Counted from the first letter of the stretch, positions 1-9,740 are shown. The stretch is 34,937 bases of DNA from Verrucomicrobiales bacterium (GCA_023253495.1 JALRGF010000172.1:1-34937); one strand, 5' to 3'. Numbers and translations: made by a program. The notes: a model not told the origin generated them from the letters alone.

Positions 1-367
1 TGCGGCCGTCCGCGCCCGCCAGTGATTGCAGGGCGGCTTTCACCGGGGCCGGCACCCGGTCCATCGGCAGCTCCTCGCTGCGCCAGACCACCTCGCCGCT
101 GGCGCGCAGCTGCAGCTTCACATCATGGTCGCCGGCGCGGTCGATGGCAGCGAGATACAGCGTCTGGTCACCGCGGCGCACCGCACGCACTTTTTCGATG
201 CGATCGGTTCCGGCCGCTTTCAGCACGGCCTCGCGGACAGGCGCCGGACAGGCGTCAAGTCCCGGGACTGCCGGGGCGGCCGGGGCCGCCGGAGCCGCCG
301 GGGCGGCCGGGGCCAGAAGCAGCGGGGCGGTCACACTGAGTGCCAGGCGGATGAGGCGTTGGTTCAT
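1..367 (-). CDS. Secreted hypothetical protein (PepSY-like modules), N-terminal part only; the gene runs off the window start
   Basis: ATG at 367-365. It is not in the ORF track because there is no stop in the window. Hand translation: MNQRLIRLALSVTAPLLLAPAAPAAPAAPAAPAVPGLDACPAPVREAVLKAAGTDRIEKVRAVRRGDQTLYLAAIDRAGDHDVKLQLRASGEVVW... This gives a signal peptide, a (PAA)n linker, then a globular part. It lies 78 bp downstream of the preceding minus-strand gene. Confidence 0.55.
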   Translation of the reverse strand, partial: MNQRLIRLALSVTAPLLLAPAAPAAPAAPAAPAVPGLDACPAPVREAVLKAAGTDRIEKVRAVRRGDQTLYLAAIDRAGDHDVKLQLRASGEVVWRSEELPMDRVPAPVKAALQSLAGADGR

Positions 368-444
368 GGTATGGATTGGGGTGAGAGTGGAATACGGGTG
401 GAACATGATGGAAAGCCAGTGGGGCACGGAAAACAGGAGGTGGG

Positions 445-1530
445 TCACGGCCGCGCGGGCGCGCCGGTCAAAGCCGGACGGTTCAGGCGGTACGCCGTGG
501 CGCCGCCATCGGGCGCGCCGTCAAACAGACACACCACGTCGATATGCGCCCCCGCATCTTCGAGGACCAGCAGAGCCTCGGCCTTGCCCTCGCCAGCGGT
601 AAGTTCGCCGATCCATTCGACTGACGGGGTGGTGCCGGGGCGCCACCAGCCCAGCCGGAAGCGCGTGTCCGGCTGACGCGCCTCGCTGACCGGAAACGCC
701 TTGCTCGCTTCCGCGCTGGCATTGCCGGCAATGAAGAGAAACCCGTCGCGGCAGGCGACCAGATCGCGCACTCCCCGGCCGGCGCCCAGCGGCAGCCGGT
801 GCACCACCGGCTCCACCGCCGCCCCGCTGAAGAGAGCGTCCGCCCCGACCTCGATGACGAAGGCGTGGCCCTCGACATTCGGGCCGCGCAGCCCGAAATA
901 AAGCTTCCCGTCGGCGAACGCGAGACCCTCAATGTTCAGGCCGTTGTGCTGCAGCGGCTGACCGAGATGCGCAGCCCACTCGGGGGTGCGTTCCATCCAC
1001 GGGCGCAGGCTGCTTTTGCGGATCTCCTCGCGCCGGACAGCCCCGGTCGCCGGATCCACCGGGACTTTGTAGACGGCATAACGCTCGGCCTGCACGTCCC
1101 CCTTCTTTTTGCCGACTCCATGGGAGCCGGTGACATAATACGTCCGGCCCGCGGGATCAGCGGCCACCCCCTCGATGTCGATCTCCGCCTTTTTTTTCCC
1201 GGCGGCGTCGCCCAGCGACACCATCGCGCCGGCGGTGATACGGCCGGTCTCGGGGTCGAGCTGCCCGACCTGCACCGCGATGAGCTCGTCGCTGGCCACC
1301 AGACAATGGCGTCCGTCGACGGAGGCGAGGCCGCTCAAATCAAGGGACTCGGCAAATCCCTCGGCCACCCACGGCTTCGGGGCGGGTTGCAGCTTCCAGC
1401 CGCCGTCACGGCCGCCGTCCGCCAGGCCGGCATTCGAGGGGGGGATGCCGGGGATCAGGGCGGCCAGAACCAGGGCGGGCGCCATGCCGGATGGTTTCAT
1501 GGATCGTGGTTTCATGGATCGTGGTTTCAT
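445..1530 (-). CDS. Secreted hypothetical protein, beta-propeller-like (phytase-like/DUF3616-like; family not certain)
   Basis: 361-aa ORF with a hydrophobic signal segment (MAPALVLAALIPG) after a K/R-rich N-region. The composition is non-repetitive and protein-like (NIEGLAFADGKLYFGLRGP, YYVTGSHG). Four in-frame ATGs (1530, 1515, 1500, 1485) leave the start ambiguous. Confidence 0.7.
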   Translation of the reverse strand: MKPRSMKPRSMKPSGMAPALVLAALIPGIPPSNAGLADGGRDGGWKLQPAPKPWVAEGFAESLDLSGLASVDGRHCLVASDELIAVQVGQLDPETGRITAGAMVSLGDAAGKKKAEIDIEGVAADPAGRTYYVTGSHGVGKKKGDVQAERYAVYKVPVDPATGAVRREEIRKSSLRPWMERTPEWAAHLGQPLQHNGLNIEGLAFADGKLYFGLRGPNVEGHAFVIEVGADALFSGAAVEPVVHRLPLGAGRGVRDLVACRDGFLFIAGNASAEASKAFPVSEARQPDTRFRLGWWRPGTTPSVEWIGELTAGEGKAEALLVLEDAGAHIDVVCLFDGAPDGGATAYRLNRPALTGAPARP

Positions 1531-1537
1531 GGATGGT
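1493..1537. repeat. 15-bp tandem repeat x3 (GGTTTCATGGATCGT, third copy GGTTTCATGGATGGT) covering the start region of the 445..1530 gene
   Basis: Read directly: two identical copies and one copy with 1 mismatch. On the minus strand each copy encodes MKPRS or MKPSG and so carries its own in-frame ATG. Confidence 0.9.
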
Positions 1538-1591
1538 ACAGGTTGGTAACAGGAAAGTCAGGAGGGCGCCGCCATGGCGCCCGGAGTGCCG

Positions 1592-2914
1592 TCAGTTCGG
1601 CCAGCGGCGGAACTCGGTGAGCCGGTAAAAGCGGGCCGCTGCCGGATCGACGCCGGGCCCGGCCCATTCCTGCCACGCGCCGGTGGCAGGGCCGCTCTGC
1701 TCGGTGGTCCAGACGCCGCCGGCCGGGTTGTCGGACGATTCGAGGCGGAACCACCGTTGCGGGTCCGCCCGCCAGCGCACAACCGGGATCTCCGGCCCGG
1801 CGGTCACGATCAGTTCCGCCGTCGGCTCCATCCGCGATCCGGTGTAACGGATGCGCCGCACATATCCCGCGTCATTGCCGCAGATGAGGATGTCGCCGTT
1901 GAGCGCGACCGAAACCGACCTTGGTTCGGCCATGACCTGGCGGGTCGTCGGCACCGGCTGGGGGTCGGGGAAGAATGTCGCTCCGGCATCACCCTCGACA
2001 AACATCCAGGCCAGCCCGCGGGTATCGACGTACCAGACGTCCCCCCCGCGGTGGGTGGCCACAAAAAACCCGCCGGCCGGATGAAACGCCACGCCGCGCG
2101 CCTCCCGCAGGCCGACCGAAAGCGCCGGCTTGCCGCTCGCCTTGGGCCCGTCCCCGGCAGTGCCGCCCAGTCCGGCCACCGGCACCGGCGGGATGCCCGG
2201 CGTGTTGGTCGGCGGCACCCGGTAGACGCGGGAGGCGCCGCGGTCAGAAATGTAGATATCCCCATTGGCCGCCACATCCAGATTTCCCGCATCCGCCAGA
2301 CCGGTGGCCAGTACCACCCCCGGACGCATGCCGAGGTCCGGCGTCCATTTTTTCAGAGCCGTGCCGGTGGCATAATAAATGACACTTTCGTCGCGGCTCA
2401 CCCACAGGCCGCGCGACAGGTCGGCGGTCTCGACAATGGTGGTGACCATCTGGCCGTCGGTCCCCACCCGCCGGATGCGCCGGTTGCCGGTATCGAGGAT
2501 GTAAAAGGTTCCGTCCGGCAGGACGTAGGCGTGCTGCGGGCCGTCGAGCCGCCGTTGCGTCGCCGGCCCGTCGCCGTCGAATCCCGCGGCATTGGTCCCG
2601 GCCACCGTCACAAGCACCCCGTCCGGACGGATCTTGCGGATGGCATGGGCATTTTTGTCGGCGACGTAGACCGCCCCGCTCAGATCAGCCATGGCCGAAT
2701 GCGGCTCGGACAATTCGGCCTCCACAGCCGGTCGCCCTTCGGCGAAGTTCCACTCGTTGCCATTGCTCGCTGATTCGCCGCTCCGGCCGGCGATCCATTC
2801 GATCTCCCGGTACTGCTGGCGGATGACCATCCAGTCGAGGTCGGTGGCCCGAGCCGCCGGCAGGACGGCCAGCCAGGGCAGGAGCATCAGGAATCGAAAA
2901 CGGCGCAAGGTCAT
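1592..2914 (-). CDS. Secreted NHL-repeat beta-propeller protein
   Basis: 440 aa with signal peptide MTLRRFRFLMLLPWLAVLPAARA. Recurring NHL-like modules are present (VYVADKNAHAIRKIRPDG, FYILDTGNRRIRRV, IYISDRGASRVYRV, ILICGNDAGYVRRI). Confidence 0.85.
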   Translation of the reverse strand: MTLRRFRFLMLLPWLAVLPAARATDLDWMVIRQQYREIEWIAGRSGESASNGNEWNFAEGRPAVEAELSEPHSAMADLSGAVYVADKNAHAIRKIRPDGVLVTVAGTNAAGFDGDGPATQRRLDGPQHAYVLPDGTFYILDTGNRRIRRVGTDGQMVTTIVETADLSRGLWVSRDESVIYYATGTALKKWTPDLGMRPGVVLATGLADAGNLDVAANGDIYISDRGASRVYRVPPTNTPGIPPVPVAGLGGTAGDGPKASGKPALSVGLREARGVAFHPAGGFFVATHRGGDVWYVDTRGLAWMFVEGDAGATFFPDPQPVPTTRQVMAEPRSVSVALNGDILICGNDAGYVRRIRYTGSRMEPTAELIVTAGPEIPVVRWRADPQRWFRLESSDNPAGGVWTTEQSGPATGAWQEWAGPGVDPAAARFYRLTEFRRWPN

Positions 2915-3055
2915 GGCGGCGGATCGGGTGAACGTCCCATCCGTCGCACGGCGGCATTACGTTCCGATTACGGCGCAGCCGCAAAAATACGCCGCGATCC
3001 CCGGGCCGCCCGGCCATGGCCGCACGCGTTTCCACCCGGACAACGCCTGCGAGTT

Positions 3056-4057
3056 TCAGCGCTCGTGCAATGACGCTGCCAGCTCCGCGGGCGTCAGGGT
3101 GGCCGTGCCGATCTTGCCTACCACCACGCCGCTGGCATGGTTGGAAATTTCCGCGGCCTCCTCCGGCGTCGCCCCCGCGCTCAAGGCCAGCGTGAACAGG
3201 GCGATCGCCGTGTCCCCCGCCCCCGAAACATCAAAAACTTCCCGGGCCAGCGCCGGCAACCGGAACGGCGGCGCCTCCTTCCGCAGCAGCGCCATGCCCT
3301 GCTCGCTGAGCGTGATCAGCAGCATCTCGGTGTCCCATTGCCGGAAAAGACGTTGGCCCAGCTCATCCAGCGCCGCGTCCAGCGTGGCCGGTGAGCGCAG
3401 ACCGCTCTCGACCAGCCCGGCCGCCTGAAACGCCTCGGACCGGTTCGGCTTGATCGCCGTGGCGCCCCGCCAGTGCAGCGGGTTGTTCGGGTTCGGATCG
3501 ACGGTCACAATCAGGCCGGTCCCGCGCGTCCGCTCCGCCAGCCCGTCGACCAGCGCCTGGGTCAGAAACCCTTTGCCATAGTCTTCCAGAATCACCGCAT
3601 CCACCTCCGGCAGCCGGCTCTCCAGAAACGCCAGCACCCGCGCCCGCATCGCCTCGCCAAGGGCCCGCCGGGTTTCCCGGTCGATCCGCACCACCTGCTG
3701 GTTGCGCGCCACGATCCGCGTCTTCACGATCGTCTGGTACTCCGGATCGCGCATCAACCCGGCCGTGTCGATCCCGCTCGCCGCCAGCAGCCCGTCCAAC
3801 TCGCCGGCAAACACATCGTCACCGACCAGACCCGCCACACTGACCTGCCCGCAGAAGGGCAGGAGGTTGCGCGCCACGTTGGCCGCCCCCCCGGGATACG
3901 CATCTTCGCTCTTCACCTCCACCACCGGTACCGGCGCCTCCGGCGAAATCCGCGAAACCGCCCCCCAGATAAACCGGTCCAGCATCACATCCCCCACCAC
4001 CAGCAGCTTCTTCTGGCGAAAGGCGGCAAGCAGCGAATCCAAACGGGCGGTATCCAT
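3056..4057 (-). CDS. rfaE1: D-glycero-beta-D-manno-heptose-7-phosphate kinase (RfaE domain I / HldA; PfkB family, kinase domain only)
   Basis: LLVVGDVMLDRFIWGAVSRISPEAPVPVVEVKSEDAYPGGAANVARN closely parallels the E. coli HldE N-terminus (VMVVGDVMLDRYWYG..SRISPEAPVPVV...GGAANVA). The PfkB motif DVSGAGDT is near the C-terminus. I placed the start at the ATG at 4057 (MDTARLDSLL); the track ORF extends to 4114. Confidence 0.85.
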   Translation of the reverse strand: MDTARLDSLLAAFRQKKLLVVGDVMLDRFIWGAVSRISPEAPVPVVEVKSEDAYPGGAANVARNLLPFCGQVSVAGLVGDDVFAGELDGLLAASGIDTAGLMRDPEYQTIVKTRIVARNQQVVRIDRETRRALGEAMRARVLAFLESRLPEVDAVILEDYGKGFLTQALVDGLAERTRGTGLIVTVDPNPNNPLHWRGATAIKPNRSEAFQAAGLVESGLRSPATLDAALDELGQRLFRQWDTEMLLITLSEQGMALLRKEAPPFRLPALAREVFDVSGAGDTAIALFTLALSAGATPEEAAEISNHASGVVVGKIGTATLTPAELAASLHER

Positions 4058-4229
4058 GCGCAACCTGCCGACCCTGAACCCGCACCGGCAAACATCAACA
4101 TTCAAAAGCACCATCGCCGGCCCGCCGGCGGGAACCGCCGCCCGCCGCCCTGCAAAATGATTTGTCGCTCCCGGTGGCCGGTGACATTGTAGACAGGCAA
4201 GCCGCGCTTGGCCGCTTCCCTACGTCCTT

Positions 4230-5039
4230 TTGCCTGTGAAAACGTTGATCTCCTTCTTCCGGCTCGCCCTCGCCCTCGCCCTCTCCTCCGCCGCTCCCGG
4301 TTCCGTCTCGGCAGCCGAGGCTGTCGCCGGTTTTCCGGGGGAGGTCATTGAGGAGGTGATCGTGCCGGTGCCGAGCGAGATCTTCACCGTCATGGACAAA
4401 CTCGGCCGTCCGGACTGGCGGTCGGAACTGCGCACCACCAAAACCCCGACGTTCTCCAACCGGGTCGACGTCGCCCTCCTGCTCGGCAGCGTGGTCGCCG
4501 AAGGTTTTATCGCCGTGGAAGCCGAGGACAAGGACGCCGTCGAACGCATCGGCAAGGACGTCCTCCGGCTCTCGGAATCGCTCGGCCTCAAGGAAACCGT
4601 GCTGCCGCACACCAACAGCATCCTCGAAGCCTCCAAAAACAACCACTGGGAAATCGTCCGCGTCGAACTCGACAAAACCCAGAAAACCGTGCGCGACACC
4701 ATGGAGCAACGGCGCGACACCGAACTCGGCCAGTGCGTCAGCCTCGGCGGCTGGCTGCGCGGCACCGATGCCGTGACCAGCCTGATCGCGAAGAATTATT
4801 CGTCCGACGCCGCCGAACTTCTCAACCAGCCGGACATCATCCGCCATTTCCAGAAGGAGCTGAAAAAGCTCGCCGCCCGCCATGGCAAGCTCAAGGCACT
4901 GCTCGACGGCCTGGAAACCATCGCCGGCGTCATCGGCGATGGCGACGAAACTCCCGGCGCCGCCGGCGTCCAGACCATCCATGACACCGCCGTCCGGCTG
5001 GTCCGATCCATCACCACCAGCCCCCCTGCCACCCGCTAG
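4230..5039 (+). CDS. Secreted hypothetical protein
   Basis: 269-aa ORF with a clear signal peptide (KTLISFFRLALALALSSAAPGSVSA) and balanced, charged, helical-looking composition, unlike the R/P/G-rich antisense ORF 4095..5078. The start is uncertain (TTG 4230 or GTG 4236). Confidence 0.7.
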   Translation: MPVKTLISFFRLALALALSSAAPGSVSAAEAVAGFPGEVIEEVIVPVPSEIFTVMDKLGRPDWRSELRTTKTPTFSNRVDVALLLGSVVAEGFIAVEAEDKDAVERIGKDVLRLSESLGLKETVLPHTNSILEASKNNHWEIVRVELDKTQKTVRDTMEQRRDTELGQCVSLGGWLRGTDAVTSLIAKNYSSDAAELLNQPDIIRHFQKELKKLAARHGKLKALLDGLETIAGVIGDGDETPGAAGVQTIHDTAVRLVRSITTSPPATR

Positions 5040-5090
5040 GCCCACCCCCGGGCCCGGTGGCCTCGTTTCCTGTTTCACACGTTTTTTCCC

Positions 5091-5543
5091 ATGATGCGTC
5101 CCTTCATCTCACGGCTGCGCGCAGGCGCCTTGCTGGCCGCCGTCTGCTGCCTGGTCGCCCTGCCCCGCGCCCACGCCTTCGTGGATGACGCCCACAGCAT
5201 GGCCATGGAACTGGCCACCCCTTATGTGGAAAAAGGTTTCCAGGTGCGCCAGGACTACTGGAGCGGCGAGGTCAGGAGCGGCCAGTCCAAAAAGGTCAAA
5301 GCCCAGCTCTTCAAGGGCAATGAATACTGGTTTTTCCTCGGCTGCGACGCCGACAACTGCACGCTCGAACTGAAAATCGTCGACGCCAAAGGCAAGGAAC
5401 TGCACACCGAAACCGCCCGCATCAAGGGGGCCGTCGGCGTGCGCATCCTGCCGCCCAGAACCGGCAGCTTCGCCATCATCTTCACCGTCACCTCGCCCGA
5501 CGTCCGCAAACCCCATTGGGCGCTGGCCTACGCCTACCGCTGA
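5091..5543 (+). CDS. Small secreted hypothetical protein
   Basis: 150 aa with signal peptide MMRPFISRLRAGALLAAVCCLVALPRAHA, followed by a beta-rich sequence (YWFFLGCDADNCTLELKIVDAKGKEL). It is co-oriented with, and 51 bp after, the previous secreted protein. Confidence 0.7.
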   Translation: MMRPFISRLRAGALLAAVCCLVALPRAHAFVDDAHSMAMELATPYVEKGFQVRQDYWSGEVRSGQSKKVKAQLFKGNEYWFFLGCDADNCTLELKIVDAKGKELHTETARIKGAVGVRILPPRTGSFAIIFTVTSPDVRKPHWALAYAYR

Positions 5544-5650
5544 GCGCGGAAGGACCGGGCCGGAGCCGTCCGGGCCACACCGCCTTTTCCGCGCCCCTCC
5601 GGGAACCGCCGGTACCGGCCGGTCCCCGCCCCGGACCACCACACTCGCCA

Positions 5651-6679
5651 TCACGATGGATCATTCCGCGGGTGGCTGCCGTGCGCACCGCCCCGCGGTG
5701 CCGGGTGTTCCCCCTGGTTATCGAGGAAAAGCACGCCGCCGCGCCGCCGCACCCGGCGACCACCCGTCACGTTGCAGGACGCCGGCCGCCCGGCGGCGCG
5801 CGCCACCCGCAACGCCGCCTCGACCACGTCGAAGCCGGCTTCCGGAACCGCGTGGGCGGTCAGCCAGTCATGGACGACGCGCCGCGCCAGCGCGGGAGTC
5901 AGCCCCCGCAGGCCGGCGACCTGCAGCCCGCCCGGGGGGTCGGCGGTGGCCAGAGATTCGCGCGCGCGGGTGGCGGCGGCGCTCAGTTCCGCATCGTCCT
6001 CGGCCGCCAGCACCGCGGCCCGGCGCAGTGACTCGCGCACGTCGCGGCCCGCGGCCGCCTCGAGAGCCGGCAACGCTTCGTGACGTATGCGGTTGCGGAA
6101 ATGCTCGCCGGACCGGTTGCTCGCATCCTCGCGCCAACGGATCCCCTCGGCCCGCGCCCAGGCCTCAAGATCGCGCCGCCACACCCCGAGCAGCGGACGC
6201 ATGATTTCCAGACCGCGCCACGGCGTCACCGCCCGCATGCCCGCCAACCCGTGCGTGCCCGCACCCCGCAACAGGTTCATCAGCAGCGTCTCCACCTGGT
6301 CGTCGGCATGGTGCGCCAGCACCACCCGCCGCAGGCCGCGGCGCATCGCCACTTCATGGAAAAACGCCCGCCTCGCCTCGCGCCCGGCCGTTTCCAGAGA
6401 ATGCCCCGTCGCCGCCGCCACCGCCGCCACATCGACGCGCCTGATCTCACAGGCACAGCCGCGACACGACGCCCACTCGCGCACCAGGGTCTCGTCCGCA
6501 TCGGCTTCGTCCCCGCGCAGTCCATGATGCAGATGCGCCACCACCAGCGGTGCCACCCCCGCCCGCCACAGGCCCTCGGCCAGCACCATCGAATCGACCC
6601 CGCCGGACACCCCGACGACCACCGCCTCACCCGCCGGCATCGGCCAGGGCCAGTCGCGCAGGTGAGCCACCACATCCAT
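5651..6679 (-). CDS. tilS: tRNA(Ile)-lysidine synthetase
   Basis: PP-loop motif VVVGVSGGVDSMVLAEGL near the N-terminus, plus HLHHGLRG..AD and LAHHADDQVETLLMNLLRG, which are typical of TilS. The start is set at the ATG at 6679 (MDVVAHL); the track ORF extension to 6970 would overlap serS. Confidence 0.85.
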   Translation of the reverse strand: MDVVAHLRDWPWPMPAGEAVVVGVSGGVDSMVLAEGLWRAGVAPLVVAHLHHGLRGDEADADETLVREWASCRGCACEIRRVDVAAVAAATGHSLETAGREARRAFFHEVAMRRGLRRVVLAHHADDQVETLLMNLLRGAGTHGLAGMRAVTPWRGLEIMRPLLGVWRRDLEAWARAEGIRWREDASNRSGEHFRNRIRHEALPALEAAAGRDVRESLRRAAVLAAEDDAELSAAATRARESLATADPPGGLQVAGLRGLTPALARRVVHDWLTAHAVPEAGFDVVEAALRVARAAGRPASCNVTGGRRVRRRGGVLFLDNQGEHPAPRGGAHGSHPRNDPS

Positions 6680-6732
6680 CGTGCCACCGAAGCCCGGAAC
6701 GAGCGCGCGCGAAACCCCGATTCTCGCGCCCC

Positions 6733-8040
6733 TCAGCCTTGCGGGCAGTCGGCCTCGGCGGCCCGGATCTCGGTCACCCCGACATATGGCCGCAGCACCT
6801 CCGGCAGCAGAATCGAACCATCCGCCTGCTGGCACGTTTCCAGGAGCGCCACGTACAGGCGCGCCAACGCGGTGCCCGACCCGTTCAAGGTGTGGGCAAA
6901 CCGGTTTTTGCCGGTGTCCGGGTCCCGGAAGCGCAGGTTCATCCGCCGCGCCTGGTAGTCGCCGAAACACGAGCAGCTCGACACCTCCAGATAACTGTTC
7001 TGCCCCGGCGCCCAGACTTCAATGTCATAGGTCTTGGTGGATCCGAACCCGAGATCTCCCGTGCACAACTCGATCACCCGGTAATGCAGGCCGAGTTGCT
7101 GCAGGATGTTCTCGGCATGCCTGGTCAGATCCTCCAGCGCCGCCATCGAAGCCTCAGGCACCGTGATCTTCACCAGCTCCACCTTGTCAAACTGATGCAT
7201 CCGGATCAGCCCGCGCGTGCCCACCCCCGCCGCCCCCGCCTCGCGCCGGAAACACGGCGTATACGCCACATACCGGATCGGCAGCCGGTCGGCCCGCACG
7301 ATTTCCTCACGATGCAGGTTCGTCACCGGCACCTCGGCCGTCGGCGCCAGATACAGGCCGTCCTCCGGACACGCGTAAATCTGGTCGGCAAACTTCGGCA
7401 GCTGCGACGTCCCGATCAGCGAATCCGCATGCACCAGATACGGAGGCAAGACCTCGGTGTACCCGTGGTCGCGCGTGTGCACGTCGATCAGGAAATTGAT
7501 CAATGCCCGCTCGAGCCGCGCCCCGACCCCCCGATAGACCACGAACGCACTGCCCGTGATCCGGGTCGCGCTTTCAAAATCCAGCATCCCCAGCGCCGTG
7601 CCCAGCGTCACATGGTCCTTCGGCGGAAACGCAAACACCGGCTTCTCGCCCCAGGTGCGCACCTCGGGGTTCGCGGCCGCGTCGTGACCGACCGGACACG
7701 CCTCGTGCGGCAGATTCGGGATGCCCAGCAACAGGTCGCGCTGCCGCACGTCCGCCCGCTCCGCCATCGTCTCCCACTCGGCCAGCTCCGCCGCAAACCC
7801 CTTCACCTGCGCCTCCGCCGCCGCTGTGTCTTCCCCTGCTTTCCTGCGCATCCCGATCTCCTTCGACATCCGGTTGCGCTCGCTCTGCAGCCGCTGCTTT
7901 TCGGTCTCAGCCTGACGCCGCGCCTCGTCACAAGCCAGCACCTCGTCCACCAACGCCGCCAGCGCCGCCCCGCCATGGCGGGCTGCCAGTCGGTCTTTCA
8001 CCCCTTGCGGGTTCTCACGAATCAACCGGATATCGAGCAT
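6733..8040 (-). CDS. serS: Seryl-tRNA synthetase
   Basis: MLDIRLIRENP start, an N-terminal coiled-coil arm, and class II motifs (YLAPTAEVPVTNLH, FRREAGAAGVGTRGLIRMHQFDKVE, LNGSGTALARL). The start is set at the ATG at 8040 (track ORF 8073). Confidence 0.95.
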   Translation of the reverse strand: MLDIRLIRENPQGVKDRLAARHGGAALAALVDEVLACDEARRQAETEKQRLQSERNRMSKEIGMRRKAGEDTAAAEAQVKGFAAELAEWETMAERADVRQRDLLLGIPNLPHEACPVGHDAAANPEVRTWGEKPVFAFPPKDHVTLGTALGMLDFESATRITGSAFVVYRGVGARLERALINFLIDVHTRDHGYTEVLPPYLVHADSLIGTSQLPKFADQIYACPEDGLYLAPTAEVPVTNLHREEIVRADRLPIRYVAYTPCFRREAGAAGVGTRGLIRMHQFDKVELVKITVPEASMAALEDLTRHAENILQQLGLHYRVIELCTGDLGFGSTKTYDIEVWAPGQNSYLEVSSCSCFGDYQARRMNLRFRDPDTGKNRFAHTLNGSGTALARLYVALLETCQQADGSILLPEVLRPYVGVTEIRAAEADCPQG

Positions 8041-8087
8041 TGCGTACCGTGGCGCATCTTTGCCGCCGGGCAATCGCAGAGCACAAA

Positions 8088-8118
8088 CCGTAGCGTTGCC
8101 TTCCAGGCAACGCTACGG
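8088..8118 (-). terminator. Rho-independent-type terminator hairpin after the sigma/anti-sigma operon
   Basis: Perfect 13-bp stem CCGTAGCGTTGCC (8088-8100) / GGCAACGCTACGG (8106-8118) with a 5-nt loop. It begins 5 nt after the anti-sigma stop codon (8124-8126). The minus-strand tail is UUUGUGCU, a short U-tract. Confidence 0.55.
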
Positions 8119-8123
8119 GACGC

Positions 8124-9740
8124 CTACGGTCCAACACGCTGGCCCCCGCTTTCCGGCGGCGGAGAAGGCGCATCGTTCGGCTCCCCCACCGGCGGTCCAC
8201 CGCCATCCGCACGATGCACCGTCACGGCCATCGCGAAGTACGGGCCATCCGATGATTCATTCACGGAAAATACCGCCGTCTGACCCAGGGGAATGATCGC
8301 TTCAAAGTCGGTGGCCGTCGTCACCAGTTCCGCGGCGGAAATTTTCTCCGCACTTATCAACTTGCCGGCCTGCCGGTTCACCGGCAGCCGAATCTCCACG
8401 GCTCCGAGCAGTTTAACCACTTCGCCTTCAAGGATCGGCTCGATCGGAATTCGCAGTCCTTGCCAGTCGACTTCGGTTTCGGACCGATCAGCTTCCCTCT
8501 CCATTGGCTCCACGACCTCCTTGGTCACCTCCGCCATCGCCCGCTGACCGCTGCGGGTCGTTAGTTGCGGTGCCGTCAGCAAGTCGACTCCCTTGGTCTG
8601 ATTCATCTCCCTCAGCCAGAGCTGGAACTGCTGATCTGTCAGCAAATCGCCCTTGATGGGACGAGCCTGCGCAAACTCGAGGATTTTTGTGGAGATCATG
8701 ATCATCACCAGCGGGCGAGCACTCCCCATTGCCAGCAATTCCTTGATCGCGCGAATGGTGGATGCGGTGTGACAAATGGTCATCGCGGCAGTGGCCTCAT
8801 CGTAAGAAGCGCTCGCGTGCTCCCCAAACGCGATGCCCCACGACTGAAACAATTCGATCGGCGTCAGGCGCGGCACGGTCGGGGCTTCGGTGGTCCCGCC
8901 AAAGGGGTCAGGTCCCACTTCCGATGGCAGCAGGTCGCGTCGGACCCGCACCACTTCGGTCACCAAGGTCTCGTTTTCGGCGGGCTCCCACGGGCGAAAA
9001 GTGATGACACCCGGCTCCTTGAGGAAAACCTCGCTGCGGTTCAACGCCGCCATCCATGTGAGGCCATCCATCAGCGAAACGTGCTTCAGCGGCAGAGCCA
9101 CCACCGTCTCCGGGCGGCCGTCGCCTTCCTCCGCAGCCGCGAGCTCCGCGCTCAGCCGTTCGATCACCGGATTCTTGAGATGGTTCACCTCGCGGGCGCG
9201 CTGCAACAAATGCTCCAATGCCTCGTCCAACGGACGCGCCGTCTCGAGCTTCAGATCAGGCAGGTAATAACGGGATAGAAACCGCCGCAACGACACCATG
9301 GCGGTTGTTTCGCTTTCCACCCGCGGAGGATCGACCACCCGATCAGGCCTTGCCGAAACCCGCGCCGGCACAAACGGCCGCGTCGCTCGCGGCGGGTCGC
9401 TCGCCATGGAATCGGAGTGGGCCGAGCCGATCGATCGCATCCACGCCCCCACCGCCGCCGCCAAACCCAGCACGAGCACCAGCGCCGCCGCCACCGCGAG
9501 CGGGCGACGCCAGCGGGCGATCGAATGCGCCTTGGCGCGGCCGCGTTTCAGTCCGGCCAAACACGCCAGTTCGGACCGACCGGGGCCGAGTCGCGCCGCG
9601 AGGCGTTGGTCCATCCGCGCCGCTGCCACCAAGCGACTGGCGACGGCTGGATCGCCGCCCATCGCGGCTTCAAGCGTGGCGGTTTCCTCGTCGGTCAGTC
9701 CGTCGGCAAGGTGTTTTTCGACAAGCAGGGAATCGTTCAT
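8124..9740 (-). CDS. Membrane-anchored anti-sigma-like protein with periplasmic secretin-N/secretin-homology region
   Basis: The start overlaps the sigma gene stop (ATGA at 9740-9737). It has a 78-aa cytoplasmic N-terminus (MNDSLLVEKHLADGLTDEETATLEAAM) and a single TM (LAVAAALVLVLGLAAAVGAW). The C-terminal segment ISTKILEF...TKGVDLLTAPQLTTRSGQRAMAEV...GLRIPIEPIL.GEVVKL resembles the start of secretin domains (IEAKIVEV...GVD..L.sPrvtTlnGq.A.i). Confidence 0.75.
   Translation of the reverse strand: MNDSLLVEKHLADGLTDEETATLEAAMGGDPAVASRLVAAARMDQRLAARLGPGRSELACLAGLKRGRAKAHSIARWRRPLAVAAALVLVLGLAAAVGAWMRSIGSAHSDSMASDPPRATRPFVPARVSARPDRVVDPPRVESETTAMVSLRRFLSRYYLPDLKLETARPLDEALEHLLQRAREVNHLKNPVIERLSAELAAAEEGDGRPETVVALPLKHVSLMDGLTWMAALNRSEVFLKEPGVITFRPWEPAENETLVTEVVRVRRDLLPSEVGPDPFGGTTEAPTVPRLTPIELFQSWGIAFGEHASASYDEATAAMTICHTASTIRAIKELLAMGSARPLVMIMISTKILEFAQARPIKGDLLTDQQFQLWLREMNQTKGVDLLTAPQLTTRSGQRAMAEVTKEVVEPMEREADRSETEVDWQGLRIPIEPILEGEVVKLLGAVEIRLPVNRQAGKLISAEKISAAELVTTATDFEAIIPLGQTAVFSVNESSDGPYFAMAVTVHRADGGGPPVGEPNDAPSPPPESGGQRVGP

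Noticed and set aside
6680-6970. 5' extension of the tilS ORF overlapping the serS 3' end by about 240 bp
   Set aside because: The extension is R/G/P-rich. The PP-loop lies shortly after the internal ATG at 6679, which leaves a normal 53-bp serS-tilS gap.
6550-8283. 577-aa plus-strand ORF
   Set aside because: It is antisense to serS and tilS. It is extremely R/P/H-rich and not protein-like.
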